IMG/VR virus record: IMGVR_UViG_3300023174_000013 | Coordinates: 1 to 37,968 of that record | Reading direction: 5' to 3' (one strand) | Length of the DNA: 37,968 bases | Origin: a virus | Lineage: Duplodnaviria > Caudoviricetes | In this document: in pieces, positions 35,720 through 37,968 of the stretch | Position numbering within the stretch: the first letter of the stretch is position 1 | Layout: every line of letters starts with the position of its first letter | Made by a program: the position numbers and the translations under genes | The notes under the pieces: model-generated | Seen by the model: the letters and a program-made list of their open reading frames with translations, nothing else | What the model was told of the DNA's origin: nothing | The model's database searches: none

Positions 35720-36070
35720 ATGGCGTTTAAGGAGAATGCAAAGAGTCAGGCTCAGGTGCTTTTGACAGCCTTTCAGGCTGGTAGGAAGATCACCCCGTTG
35801 GAGGCGCTCCGAGATTTCGGCATTGGGAGGCTTGCCGCCCGTGTGTACGAACTCAAGCAGCGCGGCTACGACATTAAGGACGAGACGGTTACCGTGGGCG
35901 ACGGTAAGCATGTGTCGCAGTACTACATGAAGGGGGCGGATCGGGAGAAGGCATGGTTCTGCGCGACTTGCAGCGAGGCGGTAGTGCCGTCGCAAAGCAG
36001 CGTGTCGGATCGCTATGCAATAGCAGCATGTTTGACATGCAGGAAGAAGGGGGTAGCCGTATGGCGCTAA
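35720..36070 (+). CDS. Winged HTH DNA-binding protein with C-terminal Zn finger
   Basis: ITPLEALRDFGIGRLAARVYELK; CATC...CLTC. Confidence 0.8.
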   Translation: MAFKENAKSQAQVLLTAFQAGRKITPLEALRDFGIGRLAARVYELKQRGYDIKDETVTVGDGKHVSQYYMKGADREKAWFCATCSEAVVPSQSSVSDRYAIAACLTCRKKGVAVWR

Positions 36071-36357
36071 CCGAAGAGCAGCAGGTGGCTAAGGATGTCA
36101 AAGATCACGCCAAGAATGGCGCGGCAGGAGCGATTGCAATTTTCTGCGCGTGGTGTGTGGGGGAGAAGCCCAGCGAAGGCTTCTGCATGATCATGGATTG
36201 CCCTCTACGGGAGTTCAGCCCATACCTTGTCGGTGAGGGTGCGGAACGGATTGGCGGTTGGAAGAATCCCCATTTGCAGTATCAGATCACGGCGCTGGAG
36301 GTGGTTGGGGCGACTCAGGTTGAGATGTTCAAGCCCGAAACGGAGGTGGCTGAATGA
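36061..36357 (+). CDS. Hypothetical Cys-containing protein
   Basis: ATG 36061; AIAIFCAWC...CMIMDCPL..F.PY. Confidence 0.7.
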   Translation: MALTEEQQVAKDVKDHAKNGAAGAIAIFCAWCVGEKPSEGFCMIMDCPLREFSPYLVGEGAERIGGWKNPHLQYQITALEVVGATQVEMFKPETEVAE

Positions 36358-36911
36358 GTGGCGGGGCGTGGCTTAGGCTGGATGCGCTGGCGTGGCGCTC
36401 GCCAAAGGTGGCAGGTTTGCCAAGCGCGGCGCTTCGTTGGCTATGGATTGTCACTTTGTCTGAAGCAAAACTCCAGAAGCCGGGGGGAGCATTTGGTTCT
36501 GAAGACCATTGGTTGCAGTTGACCATGGGCGCTGGTGGCGACCGTAAGGGGTTCAGGGCGCTGGTCAGCGTGGGGTTGCTGGAGGTTGCCCCAGCCCTGT
36601 GCATCCGATGCCTTGAAGGCTTTCATGATGCCCCAGAGGGGACCGTTGTCGTGCATGATTGGGCAGATTTTCAGATCAACACAAACGCCGAGCGTACCCG
36701 TCGCTGGCGAGAAAAGGCGAAGAGCAGTGACGCTCTTGTGACGCACAGCCGCGTCACACCGAACGCACATGTGACGCTGGACAATGACAATGACAAAGAC
36801 AATGACAAAAAAGTTATTAGTAATTTAAGAACTAGGATGAACGGGGTAGAACCAATGAGCGTGGGCGGGATTGTCCGCGACCTAGCGCGAAAGGGGAATC
36901 ACCGTGGTTGA
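36354..36911 (+). CDS. Putative replication initiator (replisome organiser-like)
   Basis: WLRLD...PKV..L, VHDWADFQ, NAERTRRWRE, DNDNDKDNDK linker. Confidence 0.65.
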   Translation: MSGGAWLRLDALAWRSPKVAGLPSAALRWLWIVTLSEAKLQKPGGAFGSEDHWLQLTMGAGGDRKGFRALVSVGLLEVAPALCIRCLEGFHDAPEGTVVVHDWADFQINTNAERTRRWREKAKSSDALVTHSRVTPNAHVTLDNDNDKDNDKKVISNLRTRMNGVEPMSVGGIVRDLARKGNHRG

Positions 36912-37236
36912 TGAAGAGCGTAAGCATCGGGGGCGGAAAGCAAACAATGCGGGTAAGCAGTACGAGCGGGATGTCGCCTCTATGTTTCCGAACGGCAAGC
37001 GCGTGGGCATGTACGGCGGTCCGATAGATGTAACTGCCGATCATGGGATTGTGGCGCAGGTCAAGGTGGGCGGAGCCTTCCCAGAGGTATTGAATCGCTA
37101 CCTAGACAAAACTATGGCGGCTGCTAAGGCGGACGAGACTCCAATCGTGGTGGTGGGCAACCGCCCCGGCGTGGGGGTCAAGCGAACGCATTTGGTCATC
37201 CTCACCCTTGAGGACTTTGTGAGGCTGCTGAAATGA
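36904..37236 (+). CDS. Holliday-junction resolvase-like PD-(D/E)XK nuclease
   Basis: GKQYERDVA...PIDV...AQVK...PIVVV...LEDFVRLL. Confidence 0.75.
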   Translation: MVDEERKHRGRKANNAGKQYERDVASMFPNGKRVGMYGGPIDVTADHGIVAQVKVGGAFPEVLNRYLDKTMAAAKADETPIVVVGNRPGVGVKRTHLVILTLEDFVRLLK

Positions 37237-37649
37237 TTGCGGTACTGCTGGCGTTTAGCATGGCGCTGAACGCTACCCTGCTCCCAGAACCAGCAGTCGG
37301 AAAAGCGACATGGTACGGCTATTCTGGGCTTCAGCAGTGCTACGACGGAATGCCGCGTACCTGCACGCCGTACCGAACAAAGGCGCAAGGGGGTTGGAAT
37401 GATGAGGTGGTCTACTACTGCGCGTTGCCGCATTTCAAGTGGCACAGCAAGCCGTTCTGGGTCAAAGTCACCAGAGTGGAAACAGGCGTGTCGGCTTTCT
37501 GCCTTGTGCGGGATGAATGCGGCTGCGTTGGTGGTGGGATCATTGACCTAAGCCCAGCCGTGTTTCGCAAATTGCGAAGCCTGAAGGCTGGTATTGTAAA
37601 AGTCCGCATTGAGCGGTGGATTGAGCCACAAGGAGGGCATAGAAGATGA
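37233..37649 (+). CDS. Secreted RlpA-like double-psi beta-barrel protein
   Basis: Hydrophobic N-terminus; GKATWY, VRDEC, IIDLSPAVF..L...GIVKV. Confidence 0.8.
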   Translation: MIAVLLAFSMALNATLLPEPAVGKATWYGYSGLQQCYDGMPRTCTPYRTKAQGGWNDEVVYYCALPHFKWHSKPFWVKVTRVETGVSAFCLVRDECGCVGGGIIDLSPAVFRKLRSLKAGIVKVRIERWIEPQGGHRR

Positions 37650-37968
37650 GCCAAACGATTGAGATTCTCAACCTAGACGAGATGGTTGATGTGGGGCTAC
37701 AGAAAGCCAAGGAACAGGATTTGCCTGAGCATCCCTTGATGCTTGTCGGTGGTGATGAAGCGGTGCTGGGAACGGTTTCAATCTTTGTGCATTGCAAGGA
37801 TGGCAGCGGGTATCAGCAGCAAGTGGTGGTCTACGACCTGCACAACCTTGTAGAAATCATGCACAAGCAAGCGCATACCGATTTCAACACCGTATGCCAT
37901 GACGATTGCCGAGGCTATGACGAGGCGCTGGAGTTCTATCAGTACAACTACATGCGGTATCCGTCGGC
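37646..37968 (+). CDS. 5' part of the junction-spanning hypothetical protein (continues to 215)
   Basis: ATGA overlap at 37646; frame open to the window end: MSQTIEILNLDEMV...VVVYDLHNLVEIMHKQ. Confidence 0.8.
   Translation, partial: MSQTIEILNLDEMVDVGLQKAKEQDLPEHPLMLVGGDEAVLGTVSIFVHCKDGSGYQQQVVVYDLHNLVEIMHKQAHTDFNTVCHDDCRGYDEALEFYQYNYMRYPS
37842..37968. repeat. Terminal direct repeat (copy 2)
   Basis: Identical to 1-127. Confidence 0.95.

Noticed and set aside
335-37797. Minus-strand and nested ORFs in the track
   Set aside because: They lie opposite or within well-supported + strand genes and show no motifs; treated as shadow frames.
30955-37968. Lysogeny module, DNA polymerase, helicase or tRNA genes
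   Set aside because: No integrase, divergent repressor, polymerase or helicase motifs and no cloverleaf recognised; absence judged by eye only.
1-37968. Stop-codon reassignment
   Set aside because: Standard code gives full-length, tightly coupled genes throughout.

Overview
The window is an apparently complete, circularly assembled ~37.8-kb tailed phage genome with an HK97-type head and a siphovirus-like tail. Bases 1-127 repeat 37842-37968 and one gene runs across the junction. All credible genes are on the + strand: HNH, terS, terL, portal, prohead protease, major capsid, head-tail, tail tube, chaperone, tape measure, fibres, lysis, metallophosphoesterase, then an early region (exonuclease plus annealing protein, DNA methyltransferase, HTH, replication initiator-like, resolvase-like, RlpA-like). 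I recognised no integrase, polymerase, tRNA or CRISPR. The outstanding feature is a peptide tag, K-H-(G/A)-D-H-D-Q-(S/T)-(D/E)-H-G-(N/S)-W-A, always preceded by a basic linker. It occurs 12 times in three genes: 3 times in a long C-terminal extension of the prohead protease, once in a zincin-like protein and 8 times in a 1880-aa polyprotein. In the polyprotein it delimits six R-S-E ADP-ribosyltransferase domains, a ParB/Srx-like domain and a GNAT domain. About a fifth of the genome is tagged cargo. My hypothesis (inference, untested) is that these are capsid-loaded effectors released by the prohead protease and injected with the DNA. All family calls come from reading motifs by eye; no database search was run.
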